Shown here in pieces: positions 26,485-36,843 of a stretch of 64,000 nucleotides of DNA. The first letter of the stretch is position 1; each line of letters starts with the position of its first letter. The DNA comes from Pseudomonadota bacterium. GTDB lineage: Bacteria; Bdellovibrionota; Bdellovibrionia; Bdellovibrionales; Bdellovibrionaceae. A model generated the notes under the pieces. It did not search any database, was not told the origin of the DNA, and saw only the letters and a program-made list of their open reading frames with translations. The stretch spans positions 64,001 through 128,000 of the forward strand of contig JBEGVH010000040.1 in NCBI GenBank assembly GCA_041178425.1, given 5' to 3'. Made by a program: the position numbers and the translations under genes.

Positions 26485-29400
26485 TTTCAACCTTTTCTAT
26501 TTTAATAAGTTCAAGATCTTGGTTTTGACTTCGAAAAAAACTTTTCATCCAACGATTAAAGCTCTCAATATATCCATAGGCCGCAGGAATAATTACTAGG
26601 GTGAGGATCGTCGAGCTGATCAAACCTCCTATGATGGCAATACCCATACTAGTTCTTTGTTTTGAGGCTTCATTCAGACCAATGGCCACTGGCAACATTC
26701 CGGCAATGAGGGCAAAACTTGTCATGAGGATAGGACGAAGCCGTGTGCGCCCTGCGGAAATGATAGCATCGCGTTCTGGAACACCCGAGGCCTTGAGTTG
26801 AAGTGTGTAATCCACCAAGAGGATCGAGTTTTTGGTGGCCACTCCGAGCAGCATCACACAGCCAATCATTGAATACATATCGAGAGTCTTCTGAGTTATG
26901 AACAAAGCAAAGAAGGCTCCACAAACTGCAAGCGGCAGAACTAACATGATGGTGAAAGGGAGAATAAACGATTCATAAAGACTCGATAACACGAGGTAAA
27001 TAAATAAAACCCCAAGGCCAACGGCAACGACCATGCTCGTGCCGAGCTCTTGGAAGTTTTGGGCCTGACCACTGAAAGAATAGGAAATTCCAAGCGGTAG
27101 TTTTAACTCACCCTTTGTTGTCATGGATTTGATATCTGCGATTGCACCACCCATACCGGGCCCGCTAGGGGCAATATCGGCACCGATCGTGACGGAACGA
27201 TTTCGGTTTTCACGATTGATCGTTGCAGGTCCAATGCGTTCTTCGGTTCGAGCAATCATATTTATGGGTACTAATTTGCTATTAATGTTTGGCACTGTAA
27301 TGTTATTGAGGCGGTTTCGAAGGTCTCTTTGTTCTGGCTGAGATCGGACTCGAACGTTGTATTCGATTCCATTGTCTCGAAGAACCGCTGGGGTTACGCC
27401 CTCGACGAGAGTTCTTAGTTCAGCACCTGCTAATTTGGTAGAAACCCCAAATTGTTCGGCCCGGATCGGATCGATCACTATTTGAAATTCAGGTTTACCC
27501 TTTGATACAGAAGAAGATGCGTCTTTAAGGGCCGGATGTGATTTTAGTTTTTCATAAACCTTTGAGGTATAAGCCTCGAGCTCCTCAAGATTTGCACCGC
27601 TAAATACAACGTTAAAAGGACGCTGACCGCCACCAACGGCATCCATATCGGAGACGATAGGTTTGTATTCTTTAAAAGCTTTAAGTTCCTCACGAAGAAC
27701 TTCCTTCACCTGGCTGGTCGACAGCTTTCTTTCTTTTGAGCCTTTCAAGATCAAGGTGAATGTTGCTTTGTGATTTTCTAAATCGCGATTCCCAATGACC
27801 ATGAGGAGGCGATCTAATTCTTTATGACTCTGAATGAGAGAAGCAATTTTAAATCCCACCTCTTGAGTTTGATCAAGCGTCGAACCAGGTTTTAGTTCGA
27901 AGCTGATCTGGAATTCTCCGTTGTCTTGTGGGGGAAGAAAAGTCTTCGGTACGAATTTGAGAATAAGAAGGCTTGCGATGAATAGGCCTATTCCACCAAG
28001 GAGGACTTTTTTTCGATGATTGAGGGTATGAATCAAAATGGCCTCATAGGTGTTTTCAAGATAGGTTTGAAAACGATCAAAGGACTTGATCGCCACCCCA
28101 AAAGTGCGGTCGTATTGAGACTCGATGCGATTGAGAATAGTTCCCCAGAGTCCATGGCGTTGTTTTGTTTCTGAGTGAGCCCCAGCAAAGTAGGCGGAGA
28201 GCATAGGGGCCATGGTGAGGGCATCAAAAAGGCTGATGAGCATCGCAAAGCAAATGGTCATCCCGAATTGTTTAAAAAATTGCCCAACCACTCCATCAAG
28301 AAAAGCAATGGGGCCAAAGACCGCAAGAACAGTAAAGGTTGTAGCAATCACGGCAAGGGTGACTTCTTTAGTCCCTTCATAAGCGGCTTTAAAAGGGGAA
28401 TGCCCCATTTCGAGGTGTCTAAAAATATTCTCCCGAACAACAATTGCATCATCAATCAAAAGACCAACGGCCAAGCTCAACGCCAAGAGTGTCATGATAT
28501 TAACAGTGAATCCGCTGAGAGCCATCAAAATAAAGGCACCAAGTAGGGAGTTGGGGAGAGCGATACTGGTGATGAGGGTTGAACGAAAGTTTCCAAGAAA
28601 AAATAAAACCACCAATATTGTTAGGATTGTTCCTATAAAGATGGACTCGTAAACATCGTCGACGTTTGCTTTAATCGGTTTTGAGTTGTCGCGAATGATA
28701 TTGATTCGATAGGGGATCTGCTGCTCGATGTTTTTTTCGTTAATTTCGGCAACCTTCTTTTTAAGAGCGTTAACAACCGCAATCGTGTTCGATCCTGATT
28801 GTTTGAAAATCCATAAGTTCAGCGAACGGTTGCCATTGAAAAAGGCGCGTGCTCTTTCGTCTTCGAGGGTGTCATTAATGGTTGCCAAGTCTTTCACTCG
28901 AACCGGTGTTTCGTTAGCAAAAAAATTAACAATGGTGTTGGCGATTTCTTGAGGGTTCTGGAATTCAGCTAAAGTTCGGTAAACGAGTTCCCCTTCAGAG
29001 TTGGCGACCTTTCCGGCAGGAATATTTTGCCCTGCTGAGCCTATACGTTGCGCTACTTGTTGCGCTGAAATGCCATAGGCGCGGAGTTTGTCTTGATCGA
29101 GCTCAACGTGGATTTCACGTTTACGTCCACCGAGAATTTCTACGAGTCCGACCTGCTCGATCTGTTGTAGTTGAGGTTTAATGACCTCACTGGCGTAATC
29201 ATACAACTCACTTGGTTTTAGGTTGCCCGTGATCCCGATACTGAGAATGGGTTGATCGGCGGGGTCAATGCGGCGAACGCTGTAGTCATCGACATCGTCG
29301 GGGAGCTTTCGTTTGACCGAACCCATTTTGTCGCGAATTTGTTGCTCGGCGTATTTAACGTCTGTCTTAAGAGAGAATTCGGCAATCACCACCGAAGCGC

Positions 29401-29659
29401 CTTCTTTATTGATAGAGCGCAGAGTTTTTATCCCTGAGATCGAGCTCAGTTCATCTTCGATGACTTTTGATACCAAGGTTTCCACCTCTTTGGGGCCAGC
29501 CCCCGGATAAGGTGTGGTTACGGTCACAACGGGAAAGGTCACATCTGGAAATAGATCAATAGGGAGTTTTAAGAGCGAGAGTGCTCCTACGGCTAAAATC
29601 AAAAAGAAAATGCACGTGATAAAAATTGGTCTTTTTATTGATGTGGAGACAATATTCAT
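26444..29659 (-). CDS. RND efflux permease (AcrB/AcrD/AcrF family)
   Basis: LPIDLFPDV, GLLIDDAIVVRENI, TKNSILLV and RLRPILMTS proton-relay motifs; 1071 aa. Confidence 0.95.
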   Translation of the reverse strand: MNIVSTSIKRPIFITCIFFLILAVGALSLLKLPIDLFPDVTFPVVTVTTPYPGAGPKEVETLVSKVIEDELSSISGIKTLRSINKEGASVVIAEFSLKTDVKYAEQQIRDKMGSVKRKLPDDVDDYSVRRIDPADQPILSIGITGNLKPSELYDYASEVIKPQLQQIEQVGLVEILGGRKREIHVELDQDKLRAYGISAQQVAQRIGSAGQNIPAGKVANSEGELVYRTLAEFQNPQEIANTIVNFFANETPVRVKDLATINDTLEDERARAFFNGNRSLNLWIFKQSGSNTIAVVNALKKKVAEINEKNIEQQIPYRINIIRDNSKPIKANVDDVYESIFIGTILTILVVLFFLGNFRSTLITSIALPNSLLGAFILMALSGFTVNIMTLLALSLAVGLLIDDAIVVRENIFRHLEMGHSPFKAAYEGTKEVTLAVIATTFTVLAVFGPIAFLDGVVGQFFKQFGMTICFAMLISLFDALTMAPMLSAYFAGAHSETKQRHGLWGTILNRIESQYDRTFGVAIKSFDRFQTYLENTYEAILIHTLNHRKKVLLGGIGLFIASLLILKFVPKTFLPPQDNGEFQISFELKPGSTLDQTQEVGFKIASLIQSHKELDRLLMVIGNRDLENHKATFTLILKGSKERKLSTSQVKEVLREELKAFKEYKPIVSDMDAVGGGQRPFNVVFSGANLEELEAYTSKVYEKLKSHPALKDASSSVSKGKPEFQIVIDPIRAEQFGVSTKLAGAELRTLVEGVTPAVLRDNGIEYNVRVRSQPEQRDLRNRLNNITVPNINSKLVPINMIARTEERIGPATINRENRNRSVTIGADIAPSGPGMGGAIADIKSMTTKGELKLPLGISYSFSGQAQNFQELGTSMVVAVGLGVLFIYLVLSSLYESFILPFTIMLVLPLAVCGAFFALFITQKTLDMYSMIGCVMLLGVATKNSILLVDYTLQLKASGVPERDAIISAGRTRLRPILMTSFALIAGMLPVAIGLNEASKQRTSMGIAIIGGLISSTILTLVIIPAAYGYIESFNRWMKSFFRSQNQDLELIKIEKVENEVEQKSPLQHDL

Positions 29660-29667
29660 AGTTGTTC

Positions 29668-31119
29668 CTAATTCTTTGACTTTACAAGCTCGTCGCGAGT
29701 CGCTTGATATTCATAGATTGATAATTGGTAATCAGCGAGAGCAGCACTCAGTGAAGACTTGGCTCTAAAATAAGTTCCGTAATCAATAATCAGTTCCGCC
29801 GTTGTGATGCGGCCGAAACGGTGATTTTTTTCTTGGTTTTTAACGGCCTCTTCCCACAACCGCACTGTTTCTTGTGCATTAACGGCAATGATGTATTTGG
29901 ATTGAAGATTGCGTTGGGTGCGATCAAGAGCTTCAACGAGGTCGTTGCGGAGTTTGGCTTGGTTATTGAGAGCTTCTTCGAAAGCCACCTTTTTTGAAAG
30001 ACTTTCGGCTTTTTGCGCTGATCCACCCCAGCGCATAATGAGTTCGAGGCCGACGCTGTATTTTGGATGCTCACGATGGTTCATTTCCGAGAGAGCCACG
30101 CTGTCGCTCTTGTCCAGGCCAGAGTAAGTGGCTTGGCTGGTGAGAAGAAGATTGGCCATTCGATTATTTGCAGCCGCTTCTTTTTCTGCCTGGGCGGCCT
30201 CAATTTGTAAAACCATGGATTTTGATTTTCGCAAGTCTTCAATGGTGGGAGATTGGCTCACAGCCATGGGCGAAGGAATTATTTCTGGAAGAGCGATCGT
30301 GACCTCCTCGGGCGCTGTTGCGTTGATCACGGTGTAGAGTCTTTCGATCAGATTGAGGTATTGGAGTGATGCGCTTTTCACATTTCGTTCTTGAGTTTGT
30401 AGCTCTGCTTTAGTTTTAGTGAGTTCACTTTTGTCGTCAAAACCCATACTGCTCTTTTGCTTTACCGATTTTACCAAGAGAATGTATTTGTCTCTCGCAG
30501 CTAAGCTTTGCTTGAGGTTTTCTTGTGCAGCATAAGCATCGAGATAGATCTTAATCGCTTGAAGAACGATGTCTTCAGAGGCTTCATCTCGCTCGAGGTC
30601 CGATCGTTGATATTGTTTTTCGGCGGCATCAAAAGAGCGACGATCGCGGTATCCAAAAATATTATTCAATAAATCCTGTTTAAACGTCAAAGAGGTAAGA
30701 TGGTAGTATTGAATAGGAATGGCGGCGGTTTGCCGCATAAATGCTCCTAAATCGCTTTCTCTGTGGAGGTAGGAGTAATCAATTCCAAGTTGCGATCCTG
30801 TTGAGAAGCGCCGACTAAGACCGAAACCGAGGCTGTTGTTTAGATCGCGGTCATTGTTGAGCCCGCCTATAGCCTCGATGCGCGAGTCTTCTTTTTGGCC
30901 TTTTAAATACATCTGAGTGTCAAAGTTGGCATTGACCTGCAAAAGCGAAAGCTCTGCCTTTTGAAAGGTGAGGGTGACATCTTTATGATAAAGACCCTTT
31001 GAAAGAGCCATTTCTATGACGTCTTGAATGGTTAAAGGCATTGGACTCGCTCTAACTATGGCTGGCGAGAGAGTGGTCAGGATTAAAAATAATAAGGGGA
31101 TCAAGATCAGTTTCGTCAT
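29668..31119 (-). CDS. TolC family outer-membrane channel
   Basis: Signal peptide from MTKLILIPLL (ATG coupled to the upstream TAA). LTIQDVIEMAL, two helical repeats and RFGRITTAEL. Confidence 0.85.
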   Translation of the reverse strand: MTKLILIPLLFLILTTLSPAIVRASPMPLTIQDVIEMALSKGLYHKDVTLTFQKAELSLLQVNANFDTQMYLKGQKEDSRIEAIGGLNNDRDLNNSLGFGLSRRFSTGSQLGIDYSYLHRESDLGAFMRQTAAIPIQYYHLTSLTFKQDLLNNIFGYRDRRSFDAAEKQYQRSDLERDEASEDIVLQAIKIYLDAYAAQENLKQSLAARDKYILLVKSVKQKSSMGFDDKSELTKTKAELQTQERNVKSASLQYLNLIERLYTVINATAPEEVTIALPEIIPSPMAVSQSPTIEDLRKSKSMVLQIEAAQAEKEAAANNRMANLLLTSQATYSGLDKSDSVALSEMNHREHPKYSVGLELIMRWGGSAQKAESLSKKVAFEEALNNQAKLRNDLVEALDRTQRNLQSKYIIAVNAQETVRLWEEAVKNQEKNHRFGRITTAELIIDYGTYFRAKSSLSAALADYQLSIYEYQATRDELVKSKN

Positions 31120-32006
31120 TACAAATCGTATCCAAAGCCCAAATGGAATCGTTCCATTTCGGTTGCGATTGGTTTTTCTGCGAGGGGCCATTGCTTATGA
31201 AGCTCCAAAAGGGAGTACCAGCGGGCGCTCAATTGTATTTTTGTTTGAGCGTTGAGGGCCAATGCGGGATTCCATCGAGACCAACGGGCATCAATGGCAG
31301 CGCCATTTTGCTGCCAGAGTTCTTCAACGACAGAGCCGGTGAGTCCGAAGCGAAGGGTGTCTTCAATGAGGCTTTTTTCGAGACTAATCCCCGCGTGAAG
31401 ATTCATATAAAGTATTTCGACATTCGAAAGGGTGTAACCATTGGTGTGTTGGAGGTGAATGTTTTTTTCTCCCACACCCGTTCCAAATAAAATACCAACC
31501 TGGTGTCCTCGCTCGTCGTCCTTAATAAGCCAACGCTGAATTTGGGCGGAAATCACCGGAATCGATGCAACCTGTGAAAGATCATAGGTCTGTTTTCCGA
31601 TCATGCTGACCGCGCCTCCTGGTGAGACAGTAGAGAATGTTAGGGCGGCTTCGGTAAAAGTGGGCGTCACGATCGACAGTGGAGTAGGTAAGTTGCGAAC
31701 TTGGAGTGGAGCCTTATGATTAGCCTTACTTTTTATTTTTGCTTGGAGTGGCTCGAGAGAAAGTTCTTGCTCGGCCTTGCCGCGAAGTGACATTACTGTG
31801 TCGCTTGAGGCCTTGTCTTTTTTGACAGGCAGAGTCATTGGGGCTGACGCCGAAAAGGAAGCGAGGGTGTGGAGAATTATTAGGAAACAGACCACCCCTT
31901 GAGTATGAGCGCGGCACTGAGGGAGAGAGGGGAAAAAAAAGTTTTCTCTTAGCACTTTAAGCTCCTTGATTGACAACTTTGTAAAAAGAGATAAACCACT
32001 TTTCAA
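31119..32006 (-). CDS. Hypothetical small outer-membrane beta-barrel (start uncertain)
   Basis: Hydrophobic leader, amphipathic strands and a C-terminal FHLGFGYDL. Confidence 0.6.
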   Translation of the reverse strand: MKSGLSLFTKLSIKELKVLRENFFFPSLPQCRAHTQGVVCFLIILHTLASFSASAPMTLPVKKDKASSDTVMSLRGKAEQELSLEPLQAKIKSKANHKAPLQVRNLPTPLSIVTPTFTEAALTFSTVSPGGAVSMIGKQTYDLSQVASIPVISAQIQRWLIKDDERGHQVGILFGTGVGEKNIHLQHTNGYTLSNVEILYMNLHAGISLEKSLIEDTLRFGLTGSVVEELWQQNGAAIDARWSRWNPALALNAQTKIQLSARWYSLLELHKQWPLAEKPIATEMERFHLGFGYDL

Positions 32007-32011
32007 GAGAT

Positions 32012-32050
32012 TTTAAATGTTCGTTTAAAAAAGTTAAATAATCGTTTAAA
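32012..32050. promoter_or_regulatory. Two tandem TetR-like operators (TTAAA-N4-CGTTTAA)
   Basis: TTTAAATGTTCGTTTAAA (32012-32029) and GTTAAATAATCGTTTAAA (32033-32050), 21 bp apart, between divergent operons. Confidence 0.55.
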
Positions 32051-32094
32051 AAATGAGTTGGTCTAAAAAATGGGTTGGTCATTGAGGTGAAAAA

Positions 32095-32616
32095 ATGCAG
32101 TTAAGTTTCTTGCGCTATCTCCTCTTTGTGCTTTTGATCGTCCCCATCAGTTGTGCTGATGGTGTTGATTTGAAAAAACACAAACAAAGAATCTCAGAAC
32201 TAGAGGATCGTGAAGATTTGCGGGCGACATTTGAATCATTGGTGGGAATTTACGACGGCCTCATTGTAAATAAGCGCCTCAACGAAGACCCTTATCCCGT
32301 GATTCTTGAAGTTTTTATTGGAGAAGAGCCAGACGGACTTAACGAAAACGGGGAGCTGCGTTTAAGGCCTGAACTTCGAGCTTGGTTTATGCGCACCGAT
32401 CAAGGACGCGACAACACCTCCTCCGAAAAATATATGATCGGACGCTTTTATAAAGAAACCTCTGACATTACGTTCGTTTCGCAGTCACGATCGTTTGGCG
32501 GTAAAGACGCGGTGACTATTAGTGGCGCTGTTCGTGGAGACTCCATCATTGGCGAAGCCAGCAACTTTCGTGGTTTTATGGGAACCTTCACGGTGAAAAG
32601 ACGGAGACTTCTATGA
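32095..32616 (+). CDS. Hypothetical lipoprotein
   Basis: Lipobox PISC and GAGG SD; beta-rich. Confidence 0.75.
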   Translation: MQLSFLRYLLFVLLIVPISCADGVDLKKHKQRISELEDREDLRATFESLVGIYDGLIVNKRLNEDPYPVILEVFIGEEPDGLNENGELRLRPELRAWFMRTDQGRDNTSSEKYMIGRFYKETSDITFVSQSRSFGGKDAVTISGAVRGDSIIGEASNFRGFMGTFTVKRRRLL

Positions 32617-33848
32617 TGAGAGCGATCGGCCAGTTGATTTTAGTGTTCAACCTAATGATGATGAGCGTGGGTTGTGGAAAAGCAGTAACGATCTCCGCAA
32701 AACCGGTCCCCTCTGATCTGTCTGATTCCGGCAAACCAACAACTCCGGCACAGCCCAAACCAAAAGATCCAAAGACTCCCATTGAACACAAAGATTTAGC
32801 CCCCTGGCGCTTTTTTTGTATCGATGGTCAAACCCGGTCTAATATTTTAACCTTTCGTGGAGATATCGGATTTGAAGGGCAGCCCAATCACCTGTTAGTT
32901 CGTGATGAAAACAGCCTTCCCATCACCGACATTCGCCGTCTTCACGCACTTACTTTTTCTGATCTCTTTGGACGTTTTGTTTATACTGGTAAAAAACTCG
33001 AAGTTGATACCATTCGCCTCACCCCCGACAAAACATCCATTCAAATCGCCGAAATGGATTTTTTTAAGGGAGAAACCTATTTATTAGGTGACTTTCCAAT
33101 TTACGAAATTCCCAAAGCCGTTTTAAAAGAGCTTCCATGGGCTTCAAAACGCTATAATCTTTTTGGATGGAACCCTCTTTCCAAAACGCTTCTTTTACCA
33201 ACGAACCAAGGAGTGTGGACAGCGGCTTCTCTCGAAACCTTCAAAGAAAAATCATTAGCCATGTTCCCGCTCAAGGAATTTTATAGTCCGATGTATTGGC
33301 AAAAAAAATGGATTTGGTGGCATTGGTTGCCTGACAGCAAAGTCGGGCAACTGGAGGCGTGGAATATCAGTACCCAAGGAGACTATACCTTTAAAAAAGT
33401 TCTGTGGTCTAAGGGTAAGCTCTGGCATTTTGAAGCTTCTGATCAATGGATCAATGCTCTCTTTGTTACAGGGAATCAGTTTGAATGGGTGATCTTTGAT
33501 CGTGATCTCAAGGTGAGATTCCAAAAAACGCTCCCTGGGGGAGAGTGGTTTTTGGGGATTGATCGTGACTTGGGGCGACCGTGGGTTGCGTTGGGAGAAC
33601 GGGACGAACTTTCCATTTACGAGTTTAATGGTAACGACTTAAAACTTTTAAAGTTAAAGGTGCCTCTCAGAGCGTCCGAAAAAGAAACCTCACTCGGACA
33701 GCTGGCAAAATTTGGTCAGAATCTGATCATGCAATACCTCAAAGGTGAAAACAGGGTTTGGAAGAGAAAAACGGCTGAGGGATGGAGTTCCCTCGACAAC
33801 TTGGGATGTAAAGATCTTTCTTTTATAGCAAATGAGGAAGGGCAATAA
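32613..33848 (+). CDS. Hypothetical lipoprotein, possibly a beta-propeller
   Basis: Lipobox SVGC, Pro-rich linker and Trp-rich beta strands; ATGA overlap with the upstream gene. Confidence 0.7.
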   Translation: MMRAIGQLILVFNLMMMSVGCGKAVTISAKPVPSDLSDSGKPTTPAQPKPKDPKTPIEHKDLAPWRFFCIDGQTRSNILTFRGDIGFEGQPNHLLVRDENSLPITDIRRLHALTFSDLFGRFVYTGKKLEVDTIRLTPDKTSIQIAEMDFFKGETYLLGDFPIYEIPKAVLKELPWASKRYNLFGWNPLSKTLLLPTNQGVWTAASLETFKEKSLAMFPLKEFYSPMYWQKKWIWWHWLPDSKVGQLEAWNISTQGDYTFKKVLWSKGKLWHFEASDQWINALFVTGNQFEWVIFDRDLKVRFQKTLPGGEWFLGIDRDLGRPWVALGERDELSIYEFNGNDLKLLKLKVPLRASEKETSLGQLAKFGQNLIMQYLKGENRVWKRKTAEGWSSLDNLGCKDLSFIANEEGQ

Positions 33849-33850
33849 AA

Positions 33851-35185
33851 ATGTCTCGTTTAAAAATAATTCTTATTTGTTCCTTTTTGCTTCCTTCGAG
33901 TGTGGGGTTTACTCAGGCTAGATCACCCCTCTTTAAGGTGTCTCCGGCGACGATTCGAAATCAATTGGTGAATAGTGGCTTAACGCTCAAAGAGACGGCC
34001 TTACGAGTCAAACAAGCAAAGTTGAGCGTTGAAGTGGCTCGAGGGAAGCTATTGCCGTCGCTCAATTTAGGGGTTATGGTAGGAAGTATGGCCAACCCCG
34101 CCTTCCTTTTGGGGTCGGTGGATTATGTGGTGCCCTTTCTTTTGCCCTCTCGTTGGTTTGATTTTTACAAGTCAAAAAATTTAGTCGATGCAGAAAAACA
34201 AGGTTTTTTGATCACCGAACTCAATCTTTATGCATCGACAGTCTCGATGGCCGCCAATTTACTCAATGACCTCAAGACTCGACAGATTCTCTACTATGAA
34301 ATGCGTGACTGGATCGAAGTTGAAAATCTCGTGCGTCAGGCCGTCGAGGATGATCGCGCTGTTCTTGCCGACTTAGATCGCGCTCGCAGTCAAACGGCAG
34401 GCGTAAGAATTCGTATTGGTCGGCTCAATGAGCTGTTGGTTCAGGAAATGGCTTCGTTAAAAAAAATACTGAACCTGCCTGTAGAAACCGAGATTCAGTT
34501 TTTACCCTTTGAGTTTGAGAGATCACAATTAGAAGATCTTGAGCTTGCTCAGGCTATTAAGAAAGTCTTTGAAATTTCGCCTGAACGAAAACAGGTTTTT
34601 TCTTTTATTCAGGCGGCCAAACAAGATCGATTTAGTAAGATCTTTGCCTTCATGTCTGGAGCCAGCGCTGGAAATGTCACGCGAGGTTTAAACCCGAATG
34701 AGGGTGCCAGCATGGCGTTTGGTGATCAGGTGGGGCGCTTTAACTTTCAATTCGGCTACGATTATTGGCCCACGATCAAAATTGCAGAAACCCAAATCAA
34801 AATGCTGCAGATTCGCGAAAATGAAATTCGAAATGAGCTTTCTCGGGTTACGACTGAGGCGCTGGCCGATAAAGAGTTCATCGAAGAGCGAATGGCACAG
34901 GCAAGCAGTGCGGCTGAACTCTTAGAGCGAGTTTTTATTGCCGATCAAAAACGCTACGGCGAGGGGTTAATTCCTCTTATTCAAGTGTTTGAGAGTCAGA
35001 GGCAATGGCGGGCGGCACTGGTTGAAAATCTCCGTGCTACCACGGATTTGATGCTGATGAGAATTAGCATGGATCGATTGATTCGGGCCGGGCAGTTTTC
35101 GTACCTTAAAGGGTGTGAAACGATGACGGCTTACGGTAAAGGCGGGTGCACCACAAAAGGGGCCACCGCGCGATTTGGCAAATAA
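33851..35185 (+). CDS. TolC family outer-membrane protein
   Basis: Signal peptide, AKLSVEVARGKLLPSLNLG, and RYGEGLIPLIQVFESQ in the second repeat. Confidence 0.8.
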   Translation: MSRLKIILICSFLLPSSVGFTQARSPLFKVSPATIRNQLVNSGLTLKETALRVKQAKLSVEVARGKLLPSLNLGVMVGSMANPAFLLGSVDYVVPFLLPSRWFDFYKSKNLVDAEKQGFLITELNLYASTVSMAANLLNDLKTRQILYYEMRDWIEVENLVRQAVEDDRAVLADLDRARSQTAGVRIRIGRLNELLVQEMASLKKILNLPVETEIQFLPFEFERSQLEDLELAQAIKKVFEISPERKQVFSFIQAAKQDRFSKIFAFMSGASAGNVTRGLNPNEGASMAFGDQVGRFNFQFGYDYWPTIKIAETQIKMLQIRENEIRNELSRVTTEALADKEFIEERMAQASSAAELLERVFIADQKRYGEGLIPLIQVFESQRQWRAALVENLRATTDLMLMRISMDRLIRAGQFSYLKGCETMTAYGKGGCTTKGATARFGK

Positions 35186-35297
35186 TTCACTTTTTTGATC
35201 AGTCTGCTTTGACGGAAGTCTAGTTGCGAGTTCTCCCGATCGTTGGAGCTTTGACCCCCTCTTTTGGTCTTGTTAGGATTATCGGGGGAGGGGCCGA

Positions 35298-35876
35298 ATG
35301 AATCTAAAAAGATTTTATTTATCCTGTTTCATGGTTTCGGTTGTGATGTTGTCTGAGGCACAAGCCTTGGAGGGCTTATCCATTTCGGCGAACCCCTTTT
35401 ATAAGCCTGAGTTTGCCCTTGAAAATGAGGTGACTAGCAACTCCTGCGCTCAGTTCGCTGGTGAGTGGCAAGGTAGCTGTGATGGCGCCGAGGGGAAAAA
35501 AGAGATTCAGATGAAGATCGCTCAAAAAGAATGTTTGAGTCTCAATGTCGATGGTCTCAATTTTCCAATCGATGGAATGGAAACAGGAGCCAGTCATCAA
35601 GGCTCTTCAATGAGCAATGAGAGCACAACCCTTAATTGGGATCCAGATCGAAATAAAATCGTCGGTAATTCTCAGTCTAATGGTCAACTTTTGGGTAAAC
35701 GAAAAACGTTTAAATACCAATTCAAGAGCAAATTCACGATGGAGCGAGATAAGTCTGCGTTGGTCGTAAAAACAGAGGCTTTTGTGGACACGTTTGTGAA
35801 TGATTTTAAAAGGGTTGAAAAAACTGATTCTGTTTGTCGACTCGAAAAAAAGTCTGATCAGACGAAAGTAAAATAA
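35298..35876 (+). CDS. Secreted hypothetical protein
   Basis: Signal peptide ending AQA, CAQFAGEWQGSC and four Cys. Confidence 0.75.
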   Translation: MNLKRFYLSCFMVSVVMLSEAQALEGLSISANPFYKPEFALENEVTSNSCAQFAGEWQGSCDGAEGKKEIQMKIAQKECLSLNVDGLNFPIDGMETGASHQGSSMSNESTTLNWDPDRNKIVGNSQSNGQLLGKRKTFKYQFKSKFTMERDKSALVVKTEAFVDTFVNDFKRVEKTDSVCRLEKKSDQTKVK

Positions 35877-35898
35877 TGGTCCGAAGACGGAGGAACGA

Positions 35899-36843
35899 AT
35901 GAAACTAAAAATAACTGCGGTCATCGCCATTCCTTTATCACTCTTCGTGGGCTGTGCCTTGCCGTCGAGCCGTGCTCGTTTAGCCGATAAGTTGGTGCGT
36001 CCAGTTCCCTTTGAGGCGCGAGGCCTAGCTGAAGCAAGTCAATTTAGACCGAGAGTTTTAGTGATACGATCAAAGATGGATGAAGGAAAAGTTCCGACCG
36101 AGTGGGCAAATAAGGCTGAGGATGAGTTTTGGAGATCGGTCGAACGTGCCGGTTTTTCAACGCTCTTAAAGCCCAGTGACATTGGGATTAATCTCAGAGA
36201 TTTTTTTGATCGAGGAAAACTTGATGTGGCCAAAATCCAACAGACTGCACGAGATAAATCGATACCAATCGTGATGGAGTGGGAATTGGCACCCATTCAA
36301 ATTCACCAAGATGCCGACCCAGTGGGGATGGTAAGACAACGTCGTCGCCAGGTGGTGGTGCAATTTAAAGTAAAACTCGTCGACACTCGAAAGGGCGCCG
36401 AAATTGCCAAAGAAACGGGAGAAGGGCACCATGAGGATCGTGACCTTCTGTGGTTAGAAAAAACAGATAGAAAAACAACTGTGGCCGATTATGATTCGAT
36501 GACCTTGGAGTTTCTCGTTAAACAGGCGGTGGATGACTTGCTGCCTAAGTTGATGGCCCATGTTCAACGGGTGTCTTGGACGGGCCGCGTGGCCATGCTC
36601 AAGGGTGATCGTGTTTATCTTAATGTAGGGCGCCAGTCGGGTGTTCAAGTGGGAGATATCTTAAAAGTGCTCGAAGTGGGTGACGAAGTTTTCGATCCCG
36701 AAACAGGGGATTCTATTGGTAAGGTCCCCGGTCGAATGAAAGGCACTCTAGAGATCATTAGTTATTTTGGCCAAGATGGTTCTGTGGCGGTGGTTCATTC
36801 GGGGGCAGGGTTTCAAGAGAATGATGCCGTTGAGTATTATTGA
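35899..36843 (+). CDS. Lipoprotein with a CsgG-like middle domain and a FlgT C-terminal-like domain
   Basis: Lipobox FVGC, VKLVDTRKG, and WTGRVAMLKGDRVYLNVGRQSGVQVGDILKV...DPETG. Confidence 0.75.
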   Translation: MKLKITAVIAIPLSLFVGCALPSSRARLADKLVRPVPFEARGLAEASQFRPRVLVIRSKMDEGKVPTEWANKAEDEFWRSVERAGFSTLLKPSDIGINLRDFFDRGKLDVAKIQQTARDKSIPIVMEWELAPIQIHQDADPVGMVRQRRRQVVVQFKVKLVDTRKGAEIAKETGEGHHEDRDLLWLEKTDRKTTVADYDSMTLEFLVKQAVDDLLPKLMAHVQRVSWTGRVAMLKGDRVYLNVGRQSGVQVGDILKVLEVGDEVFDPETGDSIGKVPGRMKGTLEIISYFGQDGSVAVVHSGAGFQENDAVEYY

